From positions 33,046,001-33,110,000 of the forward strand of contig NC_043004.1 in NCBI RefSeq assembly GCF_006345805.1: 64,000 bases of DNA, read 5' to 3'. The notes under the pieces were generated by a model. The model had not been told where the DNA came from. It saw only the letters and a program-made list of their open reading frames with translations, and ran no database searches. Every line of letters starts with the position of its first letter. Within the stretch, counting starts at the first letter, position 1. Positions 13,909 through 27,234 of the stretch are shown one piece after another. The position numbers were made by a program, and so were the translations under genes. This stretch comes from Octopus sinensis. Taxonomy: Eukaryota.

Positions 13909-14004
13909 GTAAGCACATTAATGCAGAACAAGGTGGAAAAAATAGTACTCGAATACCTATGGTACAGTAATATGCTTTTATTAAAGCTGCAAAATTATCA
14001 CAAA

Positions 14005-14097
14005 ACTCAGAGTTTCAAGTTCCCGTTTGTCGGACGGTTGTGATGGATACAGAATTCATCACAACTGTCTCACAAATGGCAACGTGAAACTCTGAGT
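14005..14097. repeat. Palindromic Penelope-like remnant with two decayed hammerhead-like arms
   Basis: actcagagtttcaagttcccgtttgtcggac pairs with gtctcacaaatggcaacgtgaaactctgagt; the GAAA-ctc-t-gag-TA stem III and cleavage site are retained on the plus arm. Confidence 0.6.
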
Positions 14098-14100
14098 AAC

Positions 14101-14365
14101 TGTTCCTGGATGGCAAACGCACAGCCTTCAAAGTGTGATGTGACATAGTGGTCTGTGTTCAAGAGAGGCTGCGCTTCGTGTCAATTATACTGTCTTCTTC
14201 AAGCTTCCGGGCAACATACCCATGTATGGTCTTTTTTTTTGTATGCTGAGTACTGTCCATCCCGGTCTTCTCTGGGGTAAGAGAGCCCAGCTGTTTTGGG
14301 GCTGTATAGGAGATCATCAGGAAGAGAGTGTTTCTTGAGGAGTTCACTGCCAACTCGTACACTGT
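14101..14365 (-). mobile_element. R4/Dong-like (RLE-type) LINE fragment
   Basis: Reads TIHGYVARKLEEDSIIDTKRSLS...YVTSHFEGCAFAIQE, the HG...E..F.AIQEQ region preceding the CCHC knuckle. Confidence 0.65.
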
Positions 14366-14888
14366 TGTTCCCATATATTCATACATGTATGTATGTATGT
14401 ATGTATGTATGTATGTATGTATGTATGTATGTATGTATGTATGTATGTATGTATGTATGTATGTAGAAGAAAAAGGAGATAGAAATGGAAAGAGAGACAG
14501 TTGCCGAGATAAAAAGAAACTGGTAGAATCGGACGATTGGGCTGCATGGAAATAAAAATTGAATTAATTTAGGAAAGATTATTTACTCATTTCAGAAATA
14601 TAGGTCAACAGATGTTATTCCATAGATTGATCCAAGCATCAGCGTTGCGTTGTGGTTTCTTGTCACTCTTTGACTCTGGTCATTTTCGTTGATAGGAAAA
14701 CCAAAATGGTATTTGCGTTGTGTACTCACTGGAAACATTAAAACGGAGGAAAAAGATGGAGGGTGGGGTGGGGTGGGGAGAAAAATTTTTACTGCGGAGT
14801 GGATTAATTTTATTGAGATGTTACTTTTGAAGAATATCATTTTTAATATACAGGTTTCATGAATTTAACGATTTTGCATGCAAAGAAA

Positions 14889-14973
14889 TATACATACACA
14901 CATACATACATACATACATACATACATAAATACATACATACATACATACATACATAAATACATACATACATAC

Positions 14974-15004
<31 letters not shown>

Positions 15005-15161
15005 CATACATACACATACATATATCAATAACACATACATATTTATATACAAACACATATAGTTACATATGCATTTGAATATGTTATAAATGTCTTTGTA
15101 TGCGCGCATATATATATACATGTAAATATATATACACATACATACATACATACATATATAA

Positions 15162-15213
<52 letters not shown>

Positions 15214-15228
15214 TATATATATACGTAC

Positions 15229-15286
<58 letters not shown>

Positions 15287-15357
15287 CGTACATATATATA
15301 CAAACATTATATATATATACATATACACGTATATATGTATATATGTATGTGCATACA
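14889..15357. repeat. (CATA)n/(TA)n compound microsatellite
   Basis: Directly visible. Confidence 0.95.
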
Positions 15358-15746
15358 CTCACGTATTGATATACCCTTATCTTACGTCATGCAGTCCTAT
15401 TCTTGGTTTATTTTTCTCCTATTTGTGTCGGTTTCGCAGTCCCGGTAGTTCTCTCTCTCTCTCTCTCACACACACTCTTCTTCACTCTCTCTCTCCCTCC
15501 CCTTTCTCTCCCGCTCCCCCTCTCTCTCTCACTCTTTCTCTCTATATTATACATGTCTTTCACTCGTCTTCACTTTCCCTTACGTCATTAATATTGATAA
15601 AAACATTAAAAACCAGCTTTTTTTATTTGAAATACCATTTCTTCGTGTGTAACGAAAAATAATTCTGAGATATTACTTTTTCAAAAACATTTTTTAAACA
15701 TAAACGTAACATGTAACAGACTACACACACACACACTTATATATAC

Positions 15747-15782
<36 letters not shown>

Positions 15783-15899
15783 GCACATATATATATGTGT
15801 GCATATATATATATATATATATATACCTCCGTCTGTGTGTTTATATATGCTTTTTTGTCCTATCTGAACGTATAAATACATGCATACATAATGCATACA

Positions 15900-16009
<110 letters not shown>

Positions 16010-16533
16010 CGTGTGTGTGTGTATGTATATGAATGCAAATATGTATTTTTATATACATATACATGCATATATGTAGATGTATACACACATGCACATATAT
16101 ACTTATATATTTACAGTTATCTATGTTAGTATATATGTCTGTATGTATGTGTTGATGTGTGTGTATGTATGTAGATATGTGTGTATCTGTGCCAAAATAG
16201 TAAGTTAATCAATCAGTAAAATACAGATCGATAACATCGATACCCGACAGAAGTAAGTGCTGAAATATGCTTACGTTGGCTATGTTCCCTTAAATTCTCT
16301 GAAGTCGGTGCCCCAGTATGGTCGCACTCAAGGGACTCAAATAATAAAAAACCGTAAATGACAGAAACAGAAGCATCGAATAAACGTAATCCTAGTTATG
16401 TTGTATATCGAAAACAAATCGGCGCGATTATGTTTGGGAAGTCTTTGATGAGAGCTTTGTTCGGTTAGGGTTGACTTGGAACTGATCAATTACGTCAACC
16501 ACACTATCAACCGTAACAACACTTACCTTTACT

Positions 16534-16568
<35 letters not shown>

Positions 16569-16727
16569 AACACTACAGAAACATAGAACGGAAAGGAACG
16601 AGTTAGAAAAGCCAAGTGACATTAATACATCCCTCCACACGCTCATCTTACTAACGTGAGTTGTTTTAAGGCATTGTGGTATGTATATGTTGGCCATACT
16701 TTTGTTGCTAAGGCAACCAACAATCAG

Positions 16728-17510
16728 TAACGTTAGCACGCACGCTGAGCAAAATGCTTCGAGGCATTTCGTCTGTCCGTTATGTTCTGAGTTCAAATTC
16801 CGTCGAGGTCGACTTTGCCTTTCATCCTTTCGGGGTCGATAAATTAAGTACCAGTTACGCACTGGGGTCGATATAATCGACTTAATCCATTTATCTGTCC
16901 TTGTTTGTCCCCTCTATGTTTAGCCCCTTGTGGGTAGTAAAAAAAATAGGTATTCCGTCTGCCGCTACGTTGTAATTCAAGTTCCATCGAGGTCGACTTT
17001 GCCTTTCATCTTTTCGGGTCGATAAATTAAGTACCAGTTACGCACTGGGGTCGATATAATCGACTTAATCCATTTATCTGTCCTTGTTTGTCCCCTCTAT
17101 GTTTAGCCCCTTGTGGGTAGTAAAAAAAATAGGTATTCCGTCTGCCGCTACGTTGTAATTCAAGTTCCATCGAGGTCGACTTTGCCTTTCATCTTTTCGG
17201 GTCGATAAATTAAGTACCAGTTACGCAAATCCAGCCGAAGTCGACTTTGCCTATTTTATGGCGGTAATCGACTTTCTCTCCCCCACCTGCCGAAATCGTA
17301 GGCCCTGTATCAAATATTTTGATAACCGATATTACTCTATTGCTGTTAAGGCGGCGTGCTGACAGGACCGTTACCACGCCGTGGTCAACTTTGCCTTTCA
17401 TCCTGTCGGGCTCGATAAAATAAAGTACCGGTTGCGTACTTGTGTAAACGGTATCGACTAGCCTGTTCCCCAGAAAATGTCAAGCCTTGTGCCCAGAATG
17501 AAAAAGGTAT
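16728..17510 (+). mobile_element. Cluster and tandem array of SINE family A (tRNA head + Meta domain)
   Basis: Meta-like core gactttgcctttcatcctttcggggtcgataaattaagtacc repeated; units restart at 16949 and 17132 (183-bp period). Confidence 0.9.
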
Positions 17511-17814
17511 TACTGTTGTTGGTGTTTAGCCCCAGGCTAACTCTAATCCATTACCGCTATGGTAAACGATATTCTAGCTTTGACCCAATGTATTCAGACA
17601 TTGTGCATTAAGGGTCACATTATCTCCTATTCTCTCGTTTTTTTTTTACGTGTGGTTGATACTGTGTTGAGAAATATTTAGCTGCTATTTCTTGTAGGTG
17701 AATCAACCATATAGTGTCGCAAAATGCAAGCCTAAGGATGAAGAATTGGGAAGTGACGGGGTACGGTGCTCTACATGTGGAGACGCAGTATAATTGCTGG
17801 TTTCAAGAGGAAAT

Positions 17815-18042
17815 TTTGGTTTCAGATTGTGGCACTAGGCCAGCAATTTCGGGGCGGTGGTGGTGGGGAGTGGAGTAATTCGATTGCATCGACCTCAATA
17901 CACGACCGGTACTTATTTCATTGACCTCGAAGGACGAAAGACAAAGTCGACCACGACAGAATTTGAACTCAGAAAGTAAAGACGGACGAAATACTGCCCA
18001 GCATTTTGTCCGGTGTGCTAACGCTTCCGCCAACTCGATCCC
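17815..18042 (-). mobile_element. SINE family A copy (older)
   Basis: Reverse complement of the family A head and Meta core. Confidence 0.8.
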
Positions 18043-18456
18043 TTCCCTATAAATAGTTGTAATATTAGTTACGGAAGACTACGGTGGAACTCATATCGGA
18101 ATCACAGACTGAGCAACAGCATTTGCTTATCATTGTATCAATGACCTTTAAATGTAATTGCTTACATTTAAATATTATACTTTAGTGATGGGCGCGGCAA
18201 TATCAGTCGTCAAGTTTATAATTTTTTCGCAAACCTGCTGAGGGAACCATAAAATATTTAGAGGTATTCTGTAACTAAAGCTTGATTTTACAAACGATAA
18301 ATATTATAAATCAATAAGCATTCCAAGAATGTCCTTTGGTGGTGAATTTGGCTATATTTTCATTTCATTTTAAGTTATGAGGCTATTTGCACATCTTTGT
18401 TTGTCCTATGCAGTCTTTCTCGTTTACATTCCGGCTACGTCTATTTTTTTTAACAA

Positions 18457-18838
18457 TTACTAGCATTATCGGGTTTGTTTCGACTCTTTAGAATTGGAAT
18501 TTTTGAAAAGTAAAAATTTTGCATTATGTAGCTTGTTATTCTCTTTAAGTGAACATTTTTCTGGTTGAAATACACCAAAAAATGACGACACTGCAGTCAA
18601 GAAAATCGTAACAAAATAGGGGTTTTCATAGAAATAAAGCACCTTTTTGATGTAAATAATTTTTGGTGTTAACATGGTCCGATTTGATTTTTTTCTTCTA
18701 CGGAAGGAAGAGCAAACCTTCTTCTATCATACTTTCAATTTTGGTCAGCTTGCACCGCAGGGTCTCAGAGGAGATAATGTTAGTTGAAGGCTACCAAACC
18801 TGCCATACACAGACAACTTCAGCTTTATATATAGAGAT
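18457..18838 (+). mobile_element. Possible non-autonomous Helentron/HINE-like element
   Basis: Starts actagc and ends ...cacagacaacttcagctttatatatagagat, end motifs typical of DINE-1/HINE elements; based on recalled pattern only. Confidence 0.35.
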
Positions 18839-18979
18839 TGTTCGTAGCTTTTAACCTGAGCTACTGAATCCCGCAGATCATTTTGTGATCACATCAGTAG
18901 CGTAGCTAGATTGTGTGTCGCTCAGAACATGCCTTCATTTTGCTGCCATACTTGCACTCCAAGCTTTTGGAAAAAGACA

Positions 18980-19070
18980 GAAGTGATCCTTCGTCAGAAC
19001 ATCTGCTGACGTAAGTTAGTAACGTAGTTAGGTACTTACGTCAGCAGACGTTCTGACGAAGGATCACTTC
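18980..19070. repeat. 37-bp near-perfect inverted repeat carrying the 5' half of a hammerhead motif on each arm
   Basis: gaagtgatccttcgtcagaacatctgctgacgtaagt pairs with acttacgtcagcagacgttCTGACGAaggatcacttc. Confidence 0.85.
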
Positions 19071-19411
19071 CATCGTATTTTGTTCACACTATATTTTGTT
19101 TATTTCACCATCTTGTTTTCTAATGTCTGGTTGTTAGTGTCTTCTTGTCTCTTCGCCTAAACTTTCGTCCAATCACTCTGCCCATTTTCGTTTCTTCCTT
19201 TTAATTTACGTCTCCTTCATGTTAATAGTTCATGTCTGGTCTCACCTTGATCTTTTTTTAAACACATGAAGAAGAATTATAGGATGCAGCTAACGGACGC
19301 AACACAAAATTGTAAGGGCGACGTCAAAGTTATAAAATATTGGTAAAGAAGAACACTGGAGTTTAAAGTGATTATCGGCTGTCTGCATCAGCACACACAC
19401 AAACACACACA

Positions 19412-19494
<83 letters not shown>

Positions 19495-20570
19495 CAGTTG
19501 AAGAAACATGAAAGTTTTTAACTTACTTTTAACTTCTATCTTGAATTTATATTTCTGAACTTATTACATATTATGAAATATAATATGCAAGCCTTAAAGA
19601 TTAAAAGTTGACCACAGTCACCAGCAAAGTTACAAGAATTCTTTTGGTTAAGACATTCTATTTTAGAATTCACTTTCGCCAGCAATTGTCAAGTGAAGTT
19701 GATAAGCGAAGATTTAACCACAAACTAAATAACATCGCTCATTGCGGTTTTCTGTTTTAGTTCTGTCTTTCATTCCTCACTTTGTGCAAGTAATATAGTG
19801 TGATGATAAATTCCTAGCGAACCAAGTCTGTGAGAGAGATCAACTCCAATGGTTAAGCAATTTCATTCCATCAAGTTCTCATGTTAGTTATTTCTAGTCG
19901 TGAAAGAGACGGGGAGGCGAATGGTTCCGTCAAACTTATTCCTTCATAACATGCTATAGAAGTATAAGATATTTGGTATGGAACCAGTGACCCATAAACT
20001 ATTATGCAAGTCTTCATTTCAACTGTTCTGTTTTTATACTTTATAATTCCCTTTTTATCTCTTCTGGCTTCCATTTTTTTTCAATGATTTTCATTTCTCT
20101 TTTTCTTTCCTCTCTGTCGATCCTAATTATTAGTTTTCGAACTACTATCATGGCTGTTGTATGACATCTCGCCAACATATACAAAATAAGTAAATAAATA
20201 AATGACTACACAGTCAAAATGCTTTATGGCTCTGCAAAAGGATTCCCAATCTAATTCAAGTGCCGCGCTTTCCATCTACATTGCTGATATAGAATTTTTA
20301 GGAAATAAATTGTCATAGCTACATCTAGCATATGAAAGGATTTTCAGATTTTAGTTGGCGAATTGTTTATAACAAAATTCTGTATTAACATAGAAATAAA
20401 ATAAAAGGAATTTGGTAAGAATCCCATCTCATGGGTTATTGATTGCGTTTTGCTTTTATTTATAGATTCAATTTTTTTTCCATTTGAATTGGTTGTGCAG
20501 ATTTACCATTTCCATAATGTTTTGTATAATGAAATCTCATATAACATTCCTATCAACACCTACAACATTA

Positions 20571-20672
<102 letters not shown>

Positions 20673-21879
20673 TTGCTGGAGTGGAAGAGATATCTATTTT
20701 TACGGCAAGGCCACTTGCAAGACAAGCAGTGTACCCCAAAACAAGTAGTAAAGTTAGTTGATGGAATTGGAAACTTTGTTAAATGAATTTAATAATCTAA
20801 TGCTTTAACCTTCCAGTAACTACAATTCTTTATTGAAAAATCAAAGAATATAAAACGATCCAGAGTAACAGTTTTTAACTGTGATAGTTAACTATCATTC
20901 ACAGCAACGTTGACCAAGGAAATCATACATGAATAGTGGAGTTTAATGAAGTCTAGACATGCTAAGTATATGAAAAACTAAAAAACAAAACAAAACATAA
21001 AAAACAAATGTTGAATTAAAATATTTAATAATTTTTTTTGAAAATAATTACAATCTTATATTTATCTGGTTTATTTTTTGTTTTTTTTCAACTACTTCAT
21101 GACATTTATAGACATGGTGATTTTATCCAAAATCCGATCAGAAACTTTCGTTTCCTTCAGGCCAACTCAGCAGAACATCAGTCAGTCCATTATTAGGAGA
21201 ATTCTTCATTTACCATTTTCATTTCATTTTTTTTCTTCTTTTGAAAACATTTTCATTTATGTATTTTTTTAAAAAGTAACTTCTATTTGATGTTTGATGG
21301 CTAAATGGTGAAGGTTTAAGAGTTAAGATATTCTATTCAGAGACTGTGACAAGCTGTGCGATGACGCTTGCAACCATATTTCGTAGAGGAAAGAAAAGTT
21401 AAGGAAGACATGTGAAGATGTAGAGCGATGAGATGCTAGAAGAATGAAAGAAGAGCCAAACAAGGCGGCACATGGACGCGTGCACTGACATGCCGAGAGA
21501 GCCAGGGAATGATATTACACATGCATACAGACGAACTAGATGCTTTCACACATAAACATGCACGCACACTGTTACACATGTTGAGAATGGAGGGAGACAT
21601 TAAAATGTCTGACGACAACCAAATCAGCTTCGAATCAGCGATGCGATAAGGCGGCGCCAAAACGGCTGTAGCATAAATCTCAGACCCGATAAACTGGTTA
21701 GAGATGAAGATTCATATTGTAGACTTATAGCTATGAGACTCATCTCTGATATTATTTCCCAATCCATCCGTGGTTTTCAAGATATTCCTACACAGTGTTC
21801 ATCCAGAAGGATTCATTACACGTTTTGTTGTTTCCATTGGTTTTTTAACGAATTGCAAAATTCGTTGTTTGGCGCTAAT

Positions 21880-22033
21880 TATCTGTTATGAGTAAGATTA
21901 TCTGGTTATTGGATTATCTGATTATTATCTGGTTATTATGAGTAAGATTATCTGGTTATCAGATTATCTGGTTATTATCTCGTTATTATGAATAAGATTA
22001 TCTGGTTATTAGAATCGTTCAGATAATCTGGTT
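21880..22033. repeat. Minisatellite, 50-bp unit x3 built from ATTATCTGGTT subunits
   Basis: atga(g/a)taagattatctggttat recurs at 21888, 21938 and 21988. Confidence 0.85.
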
Positions 22034-22034
22034 G

Positions 22035-22465
22035 CAAATTTTGACTCAAGGCTAGCAATTTCGACCCCAGTGCATAACTGGTATTTATTTTAGGGCGGCG
22101 AGCTGGCAGAAACGTTAGCACGCTGGGCGAAATGCTTCGCGGTATTTCGTCTGTCGTTACGTTGTGAGTTCAAATTCCGCCAAGGTCGACTTTGCCTTTC
22201 ATCCTTTCGGGGTCGATAAATTAAGTACCAGTTACGCACTGGGCTCAATGTAATCGACTTAATACCTATGTCTGTCCTTGTTTGTCCCCTCTATGTTTAG
22301 CCCCTTGTGGGTAATAAAGAAATAGGTATTTATTTTACCGATCCCGAAGAGATGAAAGGCAAAGTCGACTTTGGTGGCGTTTGAACTCAGAACGTAAAGA
22401 CGGATGAAATGCCGCTAAGCATTTTTGTCCGGCATGCTAATGACTCTATCAGCTCTCTACCTTAG
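22035..22465. mobile_element. SINE A (+, 22093-22324) nested in an older antisense SINE A
   Basis: 13-bp TSD ggtatttatttta at 22080-22092 and 22325-22337. Confidence 0.9.
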
Positions 22466-22487
22466 ATAGTCCATTATATTAATTACA

Positions 22488-22665
22488 AAGGCGGCGAGCT
22501 GGCACGCCGGGTGAAATGCTTAGCGGTATTTCGTCTGCCGCTACGTTCTGAGATCAAATTCCGCCGGGGTCGACTTTGCCTTTCATCATTTCGGGGTCGA
22601 TAAAATTAAGTACCAGTTACGCATTTCGCCCGGCGTACTAATGATTCTGGCAGCTCGCCGCCTTT
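22488..22665. mobile_element. SINE A derivative with an inverted head at each end
   Basis: aaggcggcgagctg ... cagctcgccgcctt. Confidence 0.8.
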
Positions 22666-23069
22666 GGACACTCTATTATACTGGAATATGATAGAGCGCA
22701 TGCTTTTCCAGTGGTTTCTATGCAAATGTATTCACTTTATTCTACGGGTGTATTAATAAGGGTTCTTATTACATTGCAGGTGTCCGATCACTTACGTAAA
22801 GAAATTAAAATCAGCATTTTTGGAATACAAAATTCCGCTAAATCAAATGGTTGAGAATGGTGTGTGTGTGTATGGAGGGGGGACAATTACACATCTCAAA
22901 CTTTTTAACAAATTTATAATTTTAGAAACATAAAGTAAGTGCTAATCTAGTTATCCAATTGTTATTTTTAATATTAAAACAAATCTTTAAAAGCTTTTTG
23001 TCTGTAAAATGGCGAGAATTGATTTATTTTTTGTTTTTTGTATATTTTACGAATATGATTACCAGCTTT

Positions 23070-23325
23070 ATTGTTGTTGTTGTTGTTGTTGTTGCTGTTG
23101 TTGTTGTGTTGGTTTAATGTCATTTAGATTCATCAGCATCGTCGTAGTCGTCGACATCATGATCATGATCATGATCATCATCAGCGTTTTTACTCTCCTC
23201 CTCTTCATCATCATATCATCATCATCGCTATCATCCTCACCATCGTTAATGTCGTCAACATCATCATCATTATCATCAACATCATCATCATCTTCACCAC
23301 CACCACCACCACCACCACCACCACC

Positions 23326-23372
<47 letters not shown>

Positions 23373-23400
23373 TACCATATACCGCATTATTGTTGTTGTT
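23070..23400. repeat. Compound trinucleotide repeat (TGT)n/(CAT)n/(CAC)n
   Basis: Directly visible; source of the poly-C/S/P and poly-D/G/Q ORFs. Confidence 0.95.
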
Positions 23401-23889
23401 ACTCTTAATGTTAAGAATCTTAGTGTGCAGCATTGGCGACTGAATAAAAAAAATATTTGTCTTTTAACCGGAGGCTTAATACTTTCTTCAATTTGGCCGG
23501 AATCTTAATGTTTAGGAAGTGCGCTAAAAATAAACAGTATTAATTGCTTGACCTTTTGTGATCGGATGTATCAATCAGCCAGAGATTACTCTGATTGGCT
23601 TCAGGGGCGACAAACAAGTGCTGTGACATTGATTTATTTCCCCTTCCCCCACCCACTGAAATCACGTGGTATAAATGAAATAAATACAACAGGGAATTGA
23701 ACCAAGATTGCATTCTGGATTCACCGGAATATTACCACATGCTAACCACCATCTCTTAGATTCCAAGAAGCTCTTTGAGACCTGGTGCTTCGTATTTGTT
23801 TCGTAATGTGAAGTATCCATCCATTCATCCATCCATCCATCCTCCATCCATCCATCCATCCTCTCTGCCTGGTATTTATGCAAAGATCG

Positions 23890-24200
23890 TGGAGGGAGAG
23901 TCAGTCCTCAAGCCCTCATCCTCATCCCCGCCCCACACATATCAGAAGCAACCATCTTTACACTTTCCGGCTGGATTCCCAAGCGGGACCAACTGAGCCC
24001 ATGGGTATTGTCCCACCTTGCTCATAGTCTATTCCTAGGTCTTCTATCGGTCGGCTCGGTTTGAACAATCTGTCCTGCGATCCGTTCCTGCGGCATTCTA
24101 AGCACATATCTGTTATGCCAGGGCTGTGACCTCTCAATGCGGAGAAGTAGCGGTTCGATCTAAAGAGATTCTCAAATCTCCAACCTTCGCACCCTCTTGA
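23890..24200 (-). mobile_element. RTE-clade LINE ORF 3' end
   Basis: Reads RVRRLEI*ESL*IEPLLLRIERSQ...VLRMPQERIAGQIVQTEPTDRRPRNR...WD...LSWSRLGI. Confidence 0.75.
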
Positions 24201-24351
24201 GAAACGCTACTGCAGAGACCTTTGTGATGTTCCACTAACATGCAGAGTACATTGGGAAAACTTTCTTGGGAAGACCAATGTGTAAATTTTCGCGACACCA
24301 ATTCTTATTCCAGCTTTCCTGCACTGGGTGGCGAATCCATGCGAGCATATA

Positions 24352-24768
24352 GGCCGCGAGCTGGCAGAAACGTTAGCACGCCGGGCGAAATGCGTAGCCG
24401 TATTTCGTCTGCCATTACGTTCTGAGTTCAAATTCCGCCGAGGTCGACTTTGCTTTTCATGTTTTCGGGGTCGATTAAATAAGTACCAGTTGCGCATTGG
24501 GGTCGATATAATCGACTTAATCCGTTTGTCTGTCCTTGTTTGCCCTCTCTGTGTTTAGCCCCTTGTGGGTAGTAAAGAAATAGGTATTTCGTCTGCCGTT
24601 ACGTTCTGAGTTCAAATTCCGCCGAGGTCGACTTTGCCTTTCATACTTTCGGGGGTCGATTAAATAAGTATCAATTACGCACTGGGATCGATATAATCGG
24701 CTTAATCCGTTTGTCTGTCCTTGTTTGCCCTCTCTGTGTTTAGCCCATTGTGGGCAGTAAAGAAATAG
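24352..24768 (+). mobile_element. SINE A tandem (full unit plus headless unit)
   Basis: Second unit restarts at GGTATTTCGTCTG (24583). Confidence 0.9.
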
Positions 24769-24881
24769 AACCCATTCAGTGCGTGCTGGAGATCTTCTGG
24801 TGAACCAAACAGCACCATGTTGTCTACTGATATCAGCCGATCAAACCTACACCCATTGGTTGTGTTACCACTTCCACAACG

Positions 24882-25701
24882 GCTGCACATGTCAGTCCAT
24901 TTGATAAATATTATGAAAAGGCGAGGTACCATTTCGCAGTGTGAAGTATATGTTAAATAACACTGCAAGGAACACAGGTGCATCGTAGGTAATATTCCAA
25001 AAATACCTGATTACGCCAAGTTTCAAGTGACTATAGTACTTCTGCACCCACAGCACCTCCTCCTTGAATGACGATTCCTTTACCCGCAGAGAAAAGGTCT
25101 AAAAATGTAATTGATAAGAACAAAGAATTCTAATGTTTAGAACAAGGACCTTCTTTGGATACAGAAAGAACTTTTCTCTTAATATCCTTTTTTTCTTTTT
25201 TGTCTTTTGCATTTATTATACTGCATTAATGTCAACCGCATGGAGCAACCGACTTTTATTTTGTGTTCCAAACAACAATAGCAAGACTACTGTGTCTTAA
25301 TTTCATTGCTGTTATTTTTAAGTTGACCAAAATCCTTTTGATCTCAACGGTTACAATGTATTTATCCTTATTGATTGTTCTTAACTTTTGCTTTCTTATT
25401 TTCTTCTAGATTGCTCTGGTTGCCGCATCATGCCTCTTGGCAAGATGGGATCTCAATAATATTTTCTCACAGTTGGTAATGATGGAGGTAATATCTTCAG
25501 TTTTATTTTTAGTTTTAGTTTTCTTAATAGCTCACATTTGTTATCAGATTTGGGAATTTATTTATTTTATTTATTTATTTACATTTCTTTTGTTGTTGTT
25601 GTTGTTGTTGCTGTAAAAGGTAGAGATTTCTTTTTCTTGGATTGCATGAAAATAACCTTCAAGGCAAGTTGTATTTGTGTGTCTTTGCATGTGTGTGTGT
25701 A

Positions 25702-25732
<31 letters not shown>

Positions 25733-25863
25733 GCATGTGTGTGTGTATGTGCGAGTATGGTGTGTGTGTACGTGCATTTGAGCGTTTATATATATCAGTA
25801 TATGTATGAATGTAGTGCAAGTATACGTAAGTAAACGAGTGTGTATGTGTATACACACAATCA

Positions 25864-25960
<97 letters not shown>

Positions 25961-27234
25961 CGTGTGTGTGCCTTTAATCTATCTTACGACTCCATATTTG
26001 CCCTGTCTTAAGAAGAGAGAAGCTCGATAATTCTTATCCGTTGTAATGCTAATATTCTGTTTGTTTCCAATAAATATCCTACTCTTTAAAATGTTTGTGA
26101 ACCTGTTCCTTGAACCATCGTTTAGTAAACTGAAATGTTGCCTCAATCCAGATTCTGCTGCCTCCAGCTAGATTCGTCTTCTCTCAGATACCAACTAACC
26201 TCCCCTCCCCCTCCCCACTCTCTCGCTGCATCTTACATTTTTCTTTGCTTCGTCCCCATGTTTGTAATAACGTTCCTCTTCAAACATTCTAATATCTCTC
26301 CTCCGCTCTTTTAACTCGTGTCTCTTTCCATTTCACCTGATCTCGCTGTTTGTGTTTATCTTTCTGGCATCTGGCTGAGCCTTTCATGTTAAGTGAAACG
26401 ACTTTTACAGCTTCAGCGAATGCAACTAACATCGAAACTTACGTGCTGTAAAATGTAAATGAATTTATTGTAAATATGTGTGTCCGCCAAGGTTCTGTCC
26501 TATAAACTGTTCCGTTTATCACGTTCAGTAACACAACAGTTCAGAACTGAATGTCATTGAAAATTGTCAATATATGATAGTAATCTAATGCTTATTAGAA
26601 CTTCTGTTGTCGACTAGGGTTTTCGTCATGAGGTCATAAGGCTATGAGTTCGATTTCTGGACCGTGCAGTGCGTTGTTTCTTTGAGCAAGACACTTCATT
26701 TCTCGTTACTCTAGTCTACTCTGTTTTAAATGAGTACCATCCGAGTGCTGGTAGAATCCTATCTCCCGCTAGCTGCACATGTCAGTCCATTTGATAAATA
26801 TTATGAAAAGGCGAGGTACCATTTCGCAGTGTGAAGTATATGTTAAATAACACCCCGCCCCACTGCAAGGAACACAGGTGCATCGTAGGTAATATTCCAA
26901 AAATACCTGATTACGCCAAGTTTCAAGTGACTATAGTACTTCTGCACCCACAGCACCTCCTCCTTGAATGACGATTCCTTTACCCGCAGAGAAAAGGTCT
27001 AAAAATGTAATTGATAAGAACAAAGAATTCTAATGTTTCGAACAAGGACCTTCTTTGGATACAGAAAGAACTTTTCTCTTAATATCCTTTTTTTCTTTTT
27101 TGTCTTTTGCATTTATTATACTGCATTAATGTCAACCGCATGGAGCAACCGACTTTTATTTTGTGTTCCAAACAACAATAGCAAGACTACTGTGTCTTAA
27201 TTTCATTGCTGTTATTTTTAAGTTGACCAAAATC
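24882..27234 (+). repeat. Near-identical ~455-bp direct repeats (24882-25334 and 26772-27234)
   Basis: By eye the copies differ by one 10-bp indel (caccccgccc) and one substitution. Confidence 0.95.
26445..26600 (+). mobile_element. RTE-clade reverse transcriptase fragment
   Basis: EFIVNMCVRQGSVL*..PFI...QQFRTECH*KL..YDSNLMLI resembles GVHQGSVLSPLLF...EEF.TGCPWELLYADDL. Confidence 0.6.

Noticed and set aside
23009-23443. ORFs with poly-C/S/P and poly-D/G/Q runs
   Set aside because: Compound trinucleotide microsatellite; no splice or homology support
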